Positions 1 through 11,981 are shown, numbered from the whole stretch's first letter. The stretch is DNA of 63,327 nucleotides, filler included, from Saprolegnia diclina VS20 (GCF_000281045.1; 4 parts of 2 records of this genome joined end to end with filler, not necessarily neighbours in it); one strand, 5' to 3'. Numbers and translations are program-made. Notes: generated from the letters alone by a model not told the origin.

Positions 1-304
1 CCTCTTGGTCAAGCGGCCGACGTTCGAGGCGCTTAACGCGACGGCCACCAAGCTCAACGGGCTCGTGGCCAACTCGACGATTGAGTTTCAGCAAGCGCTC
101 GTCAAGGCCGGTGTGCTCTTTGAGACGACGCAGCTCACGGTGCAGACGGCGCAGACGAGCGTCGATGAGCTGGACAGCAACGGCCAAGTGATTGCACCAA
201 ACGACTCGAGCGACGGTGTCTTTGCGAACGCCGGGGTAGCCAATGGCCCGACGTTATTACTCGTAGCGCTCGTGGCATGGGTCTACCTTGAAGTAGGCGC
301 TTAG
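1..304 (+). CDS. 3' end of a surface/GPI-type protein, paralog of the gene at 5311-6633 (5' part outside window)
   Basis: KRPTFEALNATATKLNGLVANSTIEFQQALVKAGVLFETTQL aligns with KRPTFESLNTTANKLNAIMANKTMELQNALVKAGVLFETTQL of the 5311 gene. Hydrophobic C-terminal tail; TAG at 302-304. Confidence 0.85.
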   Translation, partial: LLVKRPTFEALNATATKLNGLVANSTIEFQQALVKAGVLFETTQLTVQTAQTSVDELDSNGQVIAPNDSSDGVFANAGVANGPTLLLVALVAWVYLEVGA

Positions 305-1029
305 ACCGTCGCTTCCGTCGACTGTCACCGCACGCACTCGAAGAACGTTGCATGCGTATATATCCTTGAAACACATTTACACGTTTAATTGCTCACCATC
401 AACAAGATGTCACCGAGAGGATGATGACGGTGCGCGCCAAGGGCAGCGTGTTGCTCGATCAACATGCACCGATACTTGGTGAGTGCTTTCTACACCTTAC
501 GTCGATGTCGATGGTATGCGCTGGTTGACGCCATGGGTTCGACCTTCTGAAAGGATGTTGCAAGAGAAGACAGAAAGGACAACAATTTGGTGGACAAGCT
601 AACACAATTTCATTACTACGATATCTGCAAACTCTGCAGACATGCGTGTGCGGAATTTGATCAAGTCGTTTGTCGTCCGTGATGTCGCTGTCCTTATCTC
701 TACTAATAACATCATTCTCCATGCACCTCGACGATGAACCTTGATGTTCAAGCACGGTGCAAAAAGTCGTGCCTCCCTTTTTGCTCAATGGCTCAATGAA
801 TAGCGAAGCCGAGGACAAATGTGTTGCACACGGATGCTATCGTGACATGTGTACACGTATTACGCAAGTGTGCTAGAGTACATGACTATGGAGTACTTGC
901 GGCTGTAGACCGACGCAAGTGGGAACTGCACCTTCGTGTAGCGTCAGTGAACCGGTAGCGTGGGATGTCGGGACACACTCATGACCATATGGATATGGCG
1001 GCCGGTGGCAGAGAAGGGTCTCGAAGTTG

Positions 1030-1046
1030 CCATTTTGCAATTTGCC
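1030..1046 (+). promoter_or_regulatory. Oomycete INR/FPR core promoter
   Basis: CCATTTTGCAATTTGCC immediately before ATG 1048 fits the CATTYYNCAWTTT-type consensus. Confidence 0.65.
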
Positions 1047-1047
1047 A

Positions 1048-4000
1048 ATGGCCAACCAAGCGCTCATCGACGCGGCCGAAGCCGGGGACCTTGAAGCCGT
1101 TCGCGCGCAGCTTCCGTCGACAGCCGAAATGGCCGATCGCATGCACGCGCTCTTTATCGCATGCGACGCAGGCCACGTCGGTATCGTCGACGAGCTGCTT
1201 CCGTCTTGCGACGCCAACGCCACCAACGAGGTTTGTGGGTCCATATCACGTCTGCGCTTACGCACTGCCTCAATGTGTGTAGAAAAACCGCACACCACTG
1301 ATGATGGCGGCCGCTGCAGGTCATATCGCGGTAATTGAGCGTCTTCTTCCCGTCTCGAACGTGGCGATCGCCAACAAGGTACTATTTCGTTACGACACGG
1401 CCGACCACTAGACTGATACTCACCTCAAGGGGGGATTGACAGCGATGGCGTATGCGGCAATGAATGACCACGTCGAGGCTGGTCGCCTCTTGCTGCCGTT
1501 CGTTGACATCAACGCCGCGAGCCCGACGGTACTACTATCGGCAGGCAACGAACGCATATCGGCGTCACCAACATTTGATTAGCCGTTGCACGTGGCCGTG
1601 CTGTACGGAAGCGCATCCTTCGTGTCGTTTCTTGTTCAGAATGGCGCGAATGTGAATCTGCAGGCGGATGTACGTCAATGACGTGGCAGCACCATGTGCA
1701 AGTACTGACATTGCCGTTTCCGACATCCATAGGACGGGTACACGCCCCTCGCCGTCGCCATGTACGACAACAACGTTGACATTGCAAAGTGTTTGCTTGC
1801 GTCCAAGCGTTGCGACCTCACGATCGAGGATGAGGTACGTGTCGCCGCGTCCTCGTCCTACGACGCATTGAATGTGTAGTTTTCTGCTAACACGCCACTC
1901 ATGGAGGCCGTGACGAAGCGTCAGACTGAGATGGCCAAAGCCATCGCCGTCTATGCCGATCTCACTGCCACAAACAGCGTACGTCATCGTGACATACCAC
2001 ATATTGGCTTCATGACGAATCGTCATAGCGCAAATTTGTGCCCATGGACGTGGTCATCTTGACGCGGCAATGGGACTTGTTTGACGATTTCTTGCCCTTG
2101 TCGCCGCCCAACATGCGCGTCGGCTTCTTTGTACGTGTCTAAGAGCGTCAGGGTTCTAATCTCGTGACTTAGACGCAGCAGCCGCTCGTGGCGGCGGCAG
2201 CGCAGTATCGTAACGCAGCCCAGGTCCGCGGTCTCATCGACCGCGGCGCCGACGTCAACGCTGCGAGCAAGGTAGTATTACAATCGCCTTTCATCTCTTG
2301 CGCGAATCTCAACGGTCCGTTAGAACGGTCGCACTGCGCTCGTTGAAGCTGCTGCACTCGGCAAGGTCGACGTTGTCCACGTGGTATTGGGTGCCGGCGC
2401 GAACGTCAATGTGGCTGACACCACGGTACCTCACAATCTCCGCTCAATCTGCTGATCCCATCCTAACGCTGTAGACGGGAGAGACTGCGCTCATGCTCGC
2501 AGCAGCAGCCAACAGCCCACTTATCGTCGACCTTCTCTTGGCCCGCGGCGCCAACCCCTGCGCCGTCGACACTGTACGTAGCAAGAAGTCGACTTGCAGT
2601 TCATTGTGATGCAGGAGGGGCGAATGGCCGTGCACCACGCCGTCTTGGCCGACAACGTGGCCATTTTAGAGCTATTGCTCGCGACAACGACCCTCTCTGT
2701 AAGAAAGCATAGCCCACCCTCCCCACTCAAGGTCTGCAACTTAGGACCCGTCGTCGCTCGTGGGGCTCGCGACAGCGCACCAAAAGCACCGTGTCGTGCA
2801 GAGACTCCTTCGCGACGATCCGGCGGCGTGGCAGGCGGCGGCACCGAGCGACCTCTTTTGGCAGCCCAAGATCCAGCCGTACGACTTCAACACAAACCAA
2901 GGCCGCGTCTTCACCTCTGCCTACACGATCGTCGAGCTGCAGTACCTCGCGGTGCTTAGCGCCGTTCTAAGCAAGCGCGCCTGGTCGACCAAGCTCGCCG
3001 ACGACGACGTGCGCGCAACATGGCAAGTCGAGTCGGGCTTGAACCAGGAGCAGTTTGCCTACTTGGAGCAAGAACTGCGTGTCTACCAGCGCCTTGTTGA
3101 AGAGAGCGCCATGTGTCCAGGGAGCGCCCACGGTGCCTTCACGACCGACGCGCTCATTGGCTCGAGCCTCATTGCGGAACTCCAGGCGCGCACCGCGAGC
3201 CTCGAGGCCGACGCTGTTCGTCGTGGCGACTACCACCCGCACTCGGACGACCAAGTGCTCGACATTGTGCACCCGTCGCTCTACTGCGCCATCTACAACC
3301 GGACGCTCTTCTCGCAGACGCCCAACGCTGCGTATGGCGACCGCATCTTGACGTGGAATCCGTCCAACATCCCGGCGACCGTCAACGCCGCCGACAATGA
3401 CGTGTCGACGTCGTACCAATGGCTCCCTTCGCCGCTTATGGTCGACGCTGCGGGCCGCGCGCGCTTCACGTCATACGTCAACAACCTCCCGCCATCCGCG
3501 CCGGTCCTCGAGACAATCGAAGCAGCTTTTGCGTCGCTGCGTCCCCTCTTTGAAGCGGCCGTCGCGTCCAAGACGACGACGCCCCTCGTGCGCATCCCGC
3601 ACCCCGGTCGGTTCCGCGTCTCGCGCTTCAAGTACGCCTCGGAGCAGTACACGGCGCAGACAGGCTTGAGCAACTACGAGACCGACGCCTTCCGCGCCTT
3701 TCACAAGGACCTCTTTGACGACGTGGACGACAATGAGTTGCCGTTCATTACCCCGGTGCTGCCGCCGCGGTTCACGCCGCCGCCCGTGCCGGTGCCGGTG
3801 ACACCGCTCTCCGAGCGCGAACTCCACGTGATTGTCAAGATTGCCAGCATTAACCTCACGCCCGAGAAGCCAAAGTATGCGGGCGGCGCATGGCACATTG
3901 AGGGCATGGCCAACGAAGCGATCGTGGCCACGGGGCTCATCTACTACGACGTTCGCAACATCTCCGAGTCCCGTCTCCGGTTTCGCCACGTGTTTGACCC

Positions 4001-4526
4001 GACCGAGGCGCTCGAGACCGAGGGGTATCTGGACGAAGGCGGCCTGGAAGCTGTGTACGGCGTCACCAACGGCGTCTCGGAGAACGTCCAGGAAACCGGG
4101 TTTATCACGGCGACGACGGGCCGCGCGGTGGTCTTTCCCAACTTTTTACAGCACCGAGTCGATCCGTTTGAGCTCGTAGACAAGACGGCGCCGGGGCAGC
4201 GCAAGATCCTCGCCTTCTTCTTGGTCGACCCGAGTCGCGCGGTTGTCTCGACAGCGCACGTGCCGCCGCAGCAAGCAATGTGGGCGTCACTCGCAAGTTC
4301 CACGGGGCTCCCGACGGCATTGGCTGCGGAGATCGACGCGCTGCAAGGCACGATGACGCATGCGGAAGCGCGCACGCACATGGAGGCGCTCATGGCCGAG
4401 CGTGCCGCAAGCCAACTCCTCGCGCGCAACAACGTGTACGCCGTCTCGCTCTGGTACGGAGACTCCTATGACAATATTGATGATGATGATGTTTCTCACG
4501 CGACTCGATGGTGCAGTGAGCACTAG
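1048..4526 (+). CDS. Ankyrin-repeat + DUF4246 (predicted 2OG-Fe(II) oxygenase-like) protein, 13 exons
   Basis: Spliced by eye. About 12 ankyrin repeats (TPLMMAAAAGH, PLHVAVLYG, GYTPLAVA, GRTALVEAA, GETALMLAA) are split by 11 phase-0 GT-AG introns. DUF4246 hallmarks follow: DQVLDIVHPSLY, YQWLPS, VIVKIASINLTPEKPKYAGGAWHIEG, FPNFLQHRVDPFEL, RKILAFFLVDP. A final intron 4454-4516 gives the terminus SLCEH*. Confidence 0.85.
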
Positions 4527-5280
4527 GTACACATTGTCGTTTGAAGGACGATCGTATTGTCGCGCATTTTTATTGACCGATGGACGGCAACTGCTGGTGG
4601 TACAGCTCCGACTCGTCCTAGAATTATGGCCTGACTTGAGCTATGAAATGGAATGTGTGTGCCGCAATCAAGGTCCTGAAGCAATGCATCGCTGGTGCTA
4701 GTGAGAGATCTGTAGTCGCGCGTATTTAATGGCCGCGCTTGTCGGGACTAGAGTCGGCAAACTCAAATGAGTACCGCACACGCGAGCGAGAGGCTGAGAA
4801 CAAGGCCTTTCTTTCCAAATCGCTGCTCGCCCAAGCCAAACTTGGAGCCAAGTGGATTGATCAATCCTGTCTTGCGACACGCAGATCATTGACCCAAGGT
4901 CTTGTTGAATTCGTTGAATGAAAGTGGTCCCGTTGTCCACCTCTGCTGCTCGTGGACGTGGGTGCTGAAATGTGTTGGCGTGTGACTGAGAATGTGTGAA
5001 TTGGACATTGGCAACTTACCTCAGCGTAGCGGCTGGAAGATAGAATTCGGCGCGACAAGCACACTAATGAATATCGAGCTCCAGATTGGTTTTCCTTGAG
5101 GCACGAGGTGTAGAATATCCCCAGTGGGGATTCCCTATATTTTGACACTTTGTCGTCGTCTCGTGGCAAGTCCAACGTCCTGGCTCATTTCTTTTTCAAA
5201 CTCAAAAATGATTGGGCGACACCAACAGGTGTTGGACTGGACACTGCGACGTCCGCGATGAAATCGATCGCACCGAAGAG

Positions 5281-5299
5281 CTTCATTTCCCAACTTTCC
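5281..5299 (+). promoter_or_regulatory. INR/FPR core promoter
   Basis: CTTCATTTCCCAACTTTCC ends 11 nt before ATG 5311. Confidence 0.55.
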
Positions 5300-5310
5300 T
5301 TCCGCTCAGC

Positions 5311-6633
5311 ATGCGACTCTTTGCAGTCCTCGTGTGCCTGGCGTCCTTTGCACTTGCTCTCGAAACACCCTCGCCCTCCAACGAACAAGTCCCGAGCCTG
5401 CGTCACCTGCTTCCGGCTAAAGGTGGTGGCGGTCACGGTGGTGGTGGTCACGGTGGTGGTGGCGGTCATGGCGGTGGCGGCGGTGGTCACGGCGGCGGTG
5501 GTGGCGGCGGTGGCAAGCCTGCTCCTGCTCCGGCCCCGCGTCCAGCGCCAGCTCCAGCCCCGCGTCCGGCGCCAGGCCCCGCACCCGGCCCTCGCCCCGT
5601 ACCTGCGCCAGTGCCCGCGACCGGTCCCCGCCCGATTGCACCGGCTGTACCCGCGAGCCAGCCGATGCCCAACCAAGGCATGCGCCCGATGCCACCGGCA
5701 ATGATCTACACGCCTGTGCGGCCCGTCGTCTTCGTGCCCATGTACCGCCCCTACGCGTACTCGTACATGTATTTCCCACCGCCGTACTTTTACTACCACC
5801 CGTACTACTACCCGCTCTACATTACGCCGACGCACTGGACGCAGTACCCGTGCTACCAGACCAACTGCCAAGCGCGCTACAACCAGTGCCTCGCCACGTA
5901 CAACAACGACGGCTGCGTCTGCTACCCCGGCTTCCTCCAGTGCGTCCAGACCAACTGCTACAACGACTACACGCCCGCGTACCAGCAGTGCCAGTCGGCG
6001 ATCCCGAACGCCAACCGCTGCGTCTTGACGTGCGCGCCGCAAGCGTACCCGGACCCGGCAGTCGCGCCCGTCCAGTACAGCTTGTACTCGACCATGTGGA
6101 TCCAAGGCGCCAACGCCACAGGCTTCCAGAACTACGCGTACGCCTTCACAGAGACACTGGCGTCGTATTTGAGCAGCAACAGCAGTGACGGCGCATCGAA
6201 CACTACGTCGGCGACGATCGGCAACCCGCCCGTGGTCATGGCCAACGTGACGCTCTCCAAGACGGCCGACATCATCGTCAACGGCACGTCGCTGCTGCAG
6301 GTCGACGTCTTCATCAAGCGGCCGACGTTCGAGTCGCTCAACACCACTGCCAACAAGCTCAACGCGATCATGGCCAACAAGACGATGGAGCTCCAGAACG
6401 CGCTCGTCAAGGCCGGTGTGCTCTTTGAGACGACGCAGCTCTCGGTGCAGACGTCGCAGACGAGCGTCGATACGCTCACCAAGGACGGAGGTATTCTCGT
6501 AGCAGATGCGTCGCAGTCCCAGTCCGATACCATCAGTGACGGCGTCATGGTCAATGCGGCTGCCACCGCGTCTCCGTGGCCGTCGGCGACGATCATGGTC
6601 GTCTTCCTTCTCACGGCTCACGTCCTAGGCTAG
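5311..6633 (+). CDS. Secreted Gly/His-, Pro/Ala- and Tyr-rich, Cys-rich surface protein, probably GPI-anchored
   Basis: Signal peptide MRLFAVLVCLASFALA, then (GGGGH)n, PAPAPR repeats, a Tyr/Pro-rich stretch, a Cys-rich module, N-glycosylation sequons and a hydrophobic C-terminus. Intronless. Confidence 0.85.
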   Translation: MRLFAVLVCLASFALALETPSPSNEQVPSLRHLLPAKGGGGHGGGGHGGGGGHGGGGGGHGGGGGGGGKPAPAPAPRPAPAPAPRPAPGPAPGPRPVPAPVPATGPRPIAPAVPASQPMPNQGMRPMPPAMIYTPVRPVVFVPMYRPYAYSYMYFPPPYFYYHPYYYPLYITPTHWTQYPCYQTNCQARYNQCLATYNNDGCVCYPGFLQCVQTNCYNDYTPAYQQCQSAIPNANRCVLTCAPQAYPDPAVAPVQYSLYSTMWIQGANATGFQNYAYAFTETLASYLSSNSSDGASNTTSATIGNPPVVMANVTLSKTADIIVNGTSLLQVDVFIKRPTFESLNTTANKLNAIMANKTMELQNALVKAGVLFETTQLSVQTSQTSVDTLTKDGGILVADASQSQSDTISDGVMVNAAATASPWPSATIMVVFLLTAHVLG

Positions 6634-6808
6634 GAATACTATTTGGCATTTACCTTAGTACTTATTTACGATTTTATATCGCTTCTTTGTATCGACTTGA
6701 TACTATACACTGTCGTACGGTATCCGCAAGACAAATTCGTGCGCGGATGGTACCTCTAGAAATACATATCCAATCTATCGGTTGACGAAGGTCATTTCCG
6801 ACCCGAGC

Positions 6809-7117
6809 ATGGACCAGCCGGTCGGGTTCAAGCCGGCGCTCGTGGAGCGCCTCCTCCGCAGCGCATGGAAGCGACTTGCCGAGACCGAGGACGCCGATGG
6901 AAGCGATGACAGCGCCGACGACGACGACGCTGCCATTGCCGACGGGCTCAAGGTCAAGATCCAGCCCGACGCGGTGCCTGTCGCGGCCGAGTTCCTCCGC
7001 CTCTTTGTCCTGCAAGCGCTCGAGCGCGCCCAAGAAGAAGCCATGATCGACGGTAGCCCCGAGGTCGAGCCGCGCCACGTCGAGCAGATTCTCGCCCTCT
7101 TGCTCTTGGACTTTTAG
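6809..7117 (+). CDS. CENPX: Centromere protein X / MHF2 histone-fold protein
   Basis: FKPALVERLL...KVKIQPDAVPVAAEFLRLFVLQALERA...VEPRHVEQILALLLLDF* is the characteristic CENP-X pattern, including the LLLDF terminus. Confidence 0.85.
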   Translation: MDQPVGFKPALVERLLRSAWKRLAETEDADGSDDSADDDDAAIADGLKVKIQPDAVPVAAEFLRLFVLQALERAQEEAMIDGSPEVEPRHVEQILALLLLDF

Positions 7118-7132
7118 TGCATGTTCGTTTGG

Positions 7133-9461
7133 TTACTGGAAGATTGCTCGCTGGAGGAGCTGGTCGGGCGAGACAGGCGTCGTGTTGTCCATGGCCGCGT
7201 CGCTGGTGAGAACTGCCGGAAGCACCATGGTCGAGGCAAGCGTCTCAAAGGACCCGAGCGCGTCGGCTGACATGGGCGACGGGACCGTGGCCAGTGGCAC
7301 CCGCGGCCCAACCACGATGGCCGACTACAGACAGGAGATGATGAGCGTGGTCATCCCTCGGAGCTTGGCACCGGAATGTCCTTCTTGCTGCGGCTCGAGT
7401 CGCGTCGGGTCGGCTCCTTTGTCGTCGCGTTCAGCTTCATGCGATTTGTTATCGCAATTTCAACAATGCGCTCTTGGGCAATTCCTACAGTTTGTATATC
7501 AAGTCGATTCAAATTCGAGAAAGAGGATCGTGCAAAGTGAAAACATACCGAGAATCGCCGGCAGTGGCATGTCCTGGACAGCCGCAATGTACCCGTTGCC
7601 TTGCAGCACGTGCTTGTCAGTTCTCAGCACTTCGAGAAGGTGCAGAATCGGCGCGCGCAACACGTCGTGCTCCATCGAGCACTTCCGCGTGAGCTCCAAG
7701 TACCTAGTCCACCGTCGTATATCGCGCATCACATCATCTCTACTCTTGGGTCTTGCGCTCGGCGATACGGAGCTTCTCTTGCGCACTCTGGGTCTCAATC
7801 GCCTTGGCCGCGTCCGCTGCACGCGTCGACGTCTGAATTTGGGCTGCTTCTTCCTCGAGCGCCGCCAGCTGATCTTCAAAGCGCTTGACTTCGGCTTGCT
7901 GCTCCAGGTCCAATTTGTACAGTGAGATAAGCTACTGCAGACGATGAGTGAAAATCGCTCGAAATTTCAAAACGACTTGGGTCTCGGTCTCGACAAAGGC
8001 GTCGACGAACGCCTCGATGCTAGGGACGTCGAGCTCGGTTTGGATCGTCTCGAACGTTTTCTGTGCCATTTCAGCGCCAAACCGAACGATTCAAATAAAC
8101 CTTGTGGCGGAGCGGAGGGTCGGTGGCGTCGGCGATCTTCTCTTTGGCTTCGGCCGCCTACACCACCACCACATGCGCAATTTGTCGCTGGGCAGACTCG
8201 TCGTATGTACGGCATTGCTCGCTTTCATCGACGCCAGCACTTGCTCCCGCGCCGCCGCTCTGTCGTGGATCAACGCCATCATGCGGGGAACGTCCATATG
8301 CACAAAGTTGTCTTCGGGTGGCAGCTATCGCAAGAGGCTACTTGAATAGAATCGCAGAGGCGACCATATTGTACCTTGAGCACACGCTCGACCGCGTCGG
8401 CTTCAGCCTGCCGTTCCAAGTCGGCGAGCTCGTTCATCGTGTCAGTCGCGACTTCTCGGGTTGTGTTGATGCGCTCCTCGGCTTCAATGATCTTTGTTTG
8501 CGCGTCCTGGATGTCCGACTCGAGCTTGCGCTGCACTTGGCCCAAGGACAGCTACCGTTCGCTACAGAAAACCCCGACCGAAACCAGCGAGGTCGCACCA
8601 GCTCTTGGCGAAGGTAATCGATCGCTGTGCGCACGGCGGCTTGCTGCGTCACAGCCTTCATGCACTCTTCCTCGGCCTTGTTGAAGCGGTGCTGGACGAC
8701 CGAGAGGCAGTGAGCGACCGCTTGGTCGTTCTCTTGGACGGCGTGGACGCCGCGCAGCTGCTTGCGCATGCTGTCGATGCTCCTAGACGCACGCATGAAG
8801 CGTCGATACGTCCAGGCGCGTAGTACTTGTCGATGGTTTTCTTCTCTGCATCCAGCGACGCAATGTCCTTTTGCAGCGCCAGAATCTTCTCGTGGTACGC
8901 CATGTCGCTCTCGAGCAAGTGGTTGACCGTCGGCTTGGTCGCCTCGTCCGCCAGTATCGACGGTCGATGGCCAAGAGCCGATGCACTGCGGTGCCGGACC
9001 AGTGGCTTTGTCGGCGTCGCGAGCTGCGCCATTGGCGGCATCTCAGCAAATGGCTCGACGTGGTCCTTCTTTTTACGAAGGCCATGGGCGCTCGCCACTC
9101 TACACACAAGCACGGAAAGCACGTTCGATCACCACCATGGTGGGTACCGTAGGGGCGACGGCGCTGGTTTCTTGGTCTTCTTCTTGGCTTGGCGTGGCAC
9201 AGCATGCGCGGATTTTGGCAGTGGGGGCTTGCGCTGCGGCTTGGGCGACTCCAAGTAGACAATGTACTGGTCGTCCGACGCGCCGGGCTCGACCTTGGCG
9301 ATCGCGCCGGTTGTCTGCAGGAGGGCGAGGTTGGATCTGGAGCCGAGGAGGAACTTTTGGTGGTCCCGCAGGTGGTTGTCTAGTAGTGCATTGTACTCAG
9401 GGATTCCCTCCGACGCCAGGAATCGCGTCGTGTAGGCCGGCGATCTTGTGGGGGTGGCCAT
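7133..9461 (-). CDS. Uncharacterised multi-exon coiled-coil protein with N-terminal YNxLxDxHL motif
   Basis: ATG at 9461 (MATPTRSP). Successive ORFs join through GT-AG introns (R|VASAHG, K|SIDSMRK). Heptad-rich middle region; stop at 7133. Internal exon limits are only partly resolved. Confidence 0.65.
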
Positions 9462-9730
9462 CCCAACCACTGCGGTTACACTGTCCTTTCTGGTGTAGTC
9501 GTTTAGTTAGTCGTTCTGGATTCCGTGCAAGGCGTATCCGGATGTGATTGATGTTTTCTATTTAAATAGGTTGCTTCAGTCTGGTTTCTTCCAGTAATTT
9601 TTTACAACATTTTATTTTCCATCATATCCGGTCGACATATTTTTATAAAGGTCACCTCTGTATTTGTATGGTGTAGAAAAATAAAAATAAATTCCACGGC
9701 TTGGACCCGCTGACCGGTCATAAAGACCCG

Positions 9731-11490
9731 ATGGCGTTCTCGTTCCTCGGCCTCCCCGCGCCCGTGCGCACCTACGCCAAGCCGACCGAGCCGGCGCCGA
9801 CGGCCGCGCCGGCCGCGAGCATCGTCGTGGCCAAGGCTCCGCGCCGAAGCGTCCCGGCGTACCCGCACCGCGCCAAGTTCGTCCCGCGGGCGCCCGAGGA
9901 CTATGGCGATGGCGGCGCGTACCCCGAGATCCACGTCTCGCAGTTTCCGATGGGCGTTGGCAGCAAGGACAAGATCAGCGACACGAACGTGCTGGCGCTC
10001 CAGGTCAACGAGAGCGGCCGCGCGCAGTACGATGCGATCGTCAAGAAGAAGAACCAGATCGTGTACAGCAGCTTTGCCGACGTGGTCGAGAAGGCGCCCG
10101 AGGCCGAGGCGCTCGAGAAGCCGTCAGTGGACGAAGAGATGGAAACCGCTGCCAAGACCAAGGCGGCGCTCGATGCGCTCGTGTCGGGCAAGGTCGCTGC
10201 CGCGCACCCGATCAACGCCACGCGGCAGTTGTCGGTCAAGGAGAACTCGAGCTATATCCGGTACGCTCCACGCTCTTTGTTCAAATGATAGACGCCACTG
10301 TGTTTGTAGGTATACGCCCCACGACCAAGGCAATGGCGACAAGCCGCCCGAGCAGCGTATTATCCGCATGGTTGAAGCGCCCGTGGACCCGATGCAGCCG
10401 CCGAAATACAAGCACAAGAAGGCGATGCGTGGCCCTGGCTCGCCGCCCGTGCCCGTGCTGCACTCGCCGCCGCGCAAACTGACGGTCCAGGACCAGCAGG
10501 CGTGGAAGATCCCACCATGCATTTCGAACTGGAAGAACGCCAAGGGCTACACGATTGCCCTCGACAAGCGTCTTGCTGCCGACGGCCGTGGTCTCCAGAA
10601 GGTCACTGTGAACGACCAGTTTGCGTCCTTTGCCGAAGCCCTCGCGATTGCCGAGCGCAAGGCGCGCGAAGAAGTCAACATGCGTGCGAACGTTCAGAAG
10701 CGTCTCGATGCCAAGCAGAAGGAGCTGAAGGAACAGGAGCTGCGCGACTTGGCCGCCAAGGCTCGCATGGAGCGGTCGGGAGGTCGCGACGACCGTCGCC
10801 ACAGTGACGACGACGACGATGACGACGATCCGCGTGCGCGCCGCGAGCGTGACAAGTACATTCTGCGTGCTCCTGCGATGTGGAAGCTCATGCAATATAT
10901 ATCGTAGGCTCCGCCACGAACGCATGCGTGAACGCGAGCGCGAGATGCGCCTCGAGAACCTCATGGGCAAGAAGGGCAAGCTCGCGCGCGACGAAGACCG
11001 CGACGTGTCGGAGAAGATCGCGCTTGGCCAGCTCCAGGGCGGCAAGGGTGCGAGCGGCGCGCAGTTTGATTCGCGTCTCTTCAACCAGACGCAGGGCATG
11101 GACTCTGGGTTTGGCAACGACGACGAGTACAACGTGTACAGCAAGCCCATGCTGGACCGCGGCAAGGCGAGCGTGTACCGGCCCAAGGCCGACGCCGAGG
11201 GGATTGACGGCGACAAAGACTACGCCGACCTCAAGAGCTCAAGCACGAAGCGCTTCCGCGCCGACAAGGAGTTTGCGGGCACCAACCACGCGCAGACGCG
11301 CAGCGGACCCGTCCAGTTCACCTACGACGACGCGCGCGATCGCAAGCGCAGCCGGTCGCGCTCCGACTCGCGGGACCGTCGTCGGAGCCGCAGCCGGGAG
11401 CCCAAGCGGCGGCGCCACAGCGACGACGACCAAGAGTCCAAGGACCCGTTTGACGTCGACCGGTTCCTCTCGGACGCCCGTCGTCGATAA
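9731..11490 (+). CDS. SNW1: Pre-mRNA splicing factor SNW1/SKIP/Prp45
   Basis: Motifs DYGDGGAYPEIH, IRYTP, DPMQPPKYKHKK, SPPVPVLHSPPRK, IPPCISNWKNAKGYTIALDKRL, RDVSEKIALG and FDSRLFNQ. Introns 10261-10309 and 10856-10907. Confidence 0.97.
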
Positions 11491-11587
11491 GCGCTTTGTA
11501 TAATCGCATGCACCCTTTTTAAAGTCATAAGTGACTAGTGATGAGGATGTTACAAGACGTTAAATTAGTCGACATAAGACAAACCCA

Positions 11588-11887
11588 CTAGTTGAGAAGG
11601 AATGCGATGCTCAAGGGGTCGGACAAGGGTCCACGGCACGCAGCTCCTGGTGTCGGCGACGCCGGTGCCACGGTGCCCTCGGCCTTGGCCGCGAGCTTGC
11701 GCGCCCGCATGCGCATGTACTTTTGGCGCTGGCGGAGTCGCTCCTTCTCCCGGTTCTCGCTGTAGTACGTGCGAAGCTTGGCGAGGACAGAGTCGCGGTT
11801 GTCCTCGTAGTACTGCTTGGAGCGCACGCGGTTCGTCTCGAGCTGCTGCTTGGTCAAGACGCGCTTCTTCATGGCCCCCGCCGGCAT
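11588..11887 (-). CDS. Small basic helical protein, putative DNA-binding repressor (copy A)
   Basis: 99-aa ORF MPAGAMKKRVLTKQQLETNRVRSKQYYEDNRDSVLAKLRTYYSENREKERLRQRQKYMRMRARK...LSIAFLLN*. Clearly paralogous to 18747-19058 at protein level, which supports coding status. Confidence 0.8.
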   Translation of the reverse strand: MPAGAMKKRVLTKQQLETNRVRSKQYYEDNRDSVLAKLRTYYSENREKERLRQRQKYMRMRARKLAAKAEGTVAPASPTPGAACRGPLSDPLSIAFLLN

Positions 11888-11981
11888 TTCTCGTAACTTG
11901 GCAAAAAGGAGTCTGCTCAATGGCTTGAAAGCGCCGCTAAGAGTCCCACGCTAATGGATGTGCCCGTGTGAATGGACGAGC

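Noticed and set aside
5421..5600. GGT/GGC and CCGGC-type tandem repeats; also 30480-30665
   Set aside because: These are coding low-complexity linkers, not CRISPR arrays or satellites.
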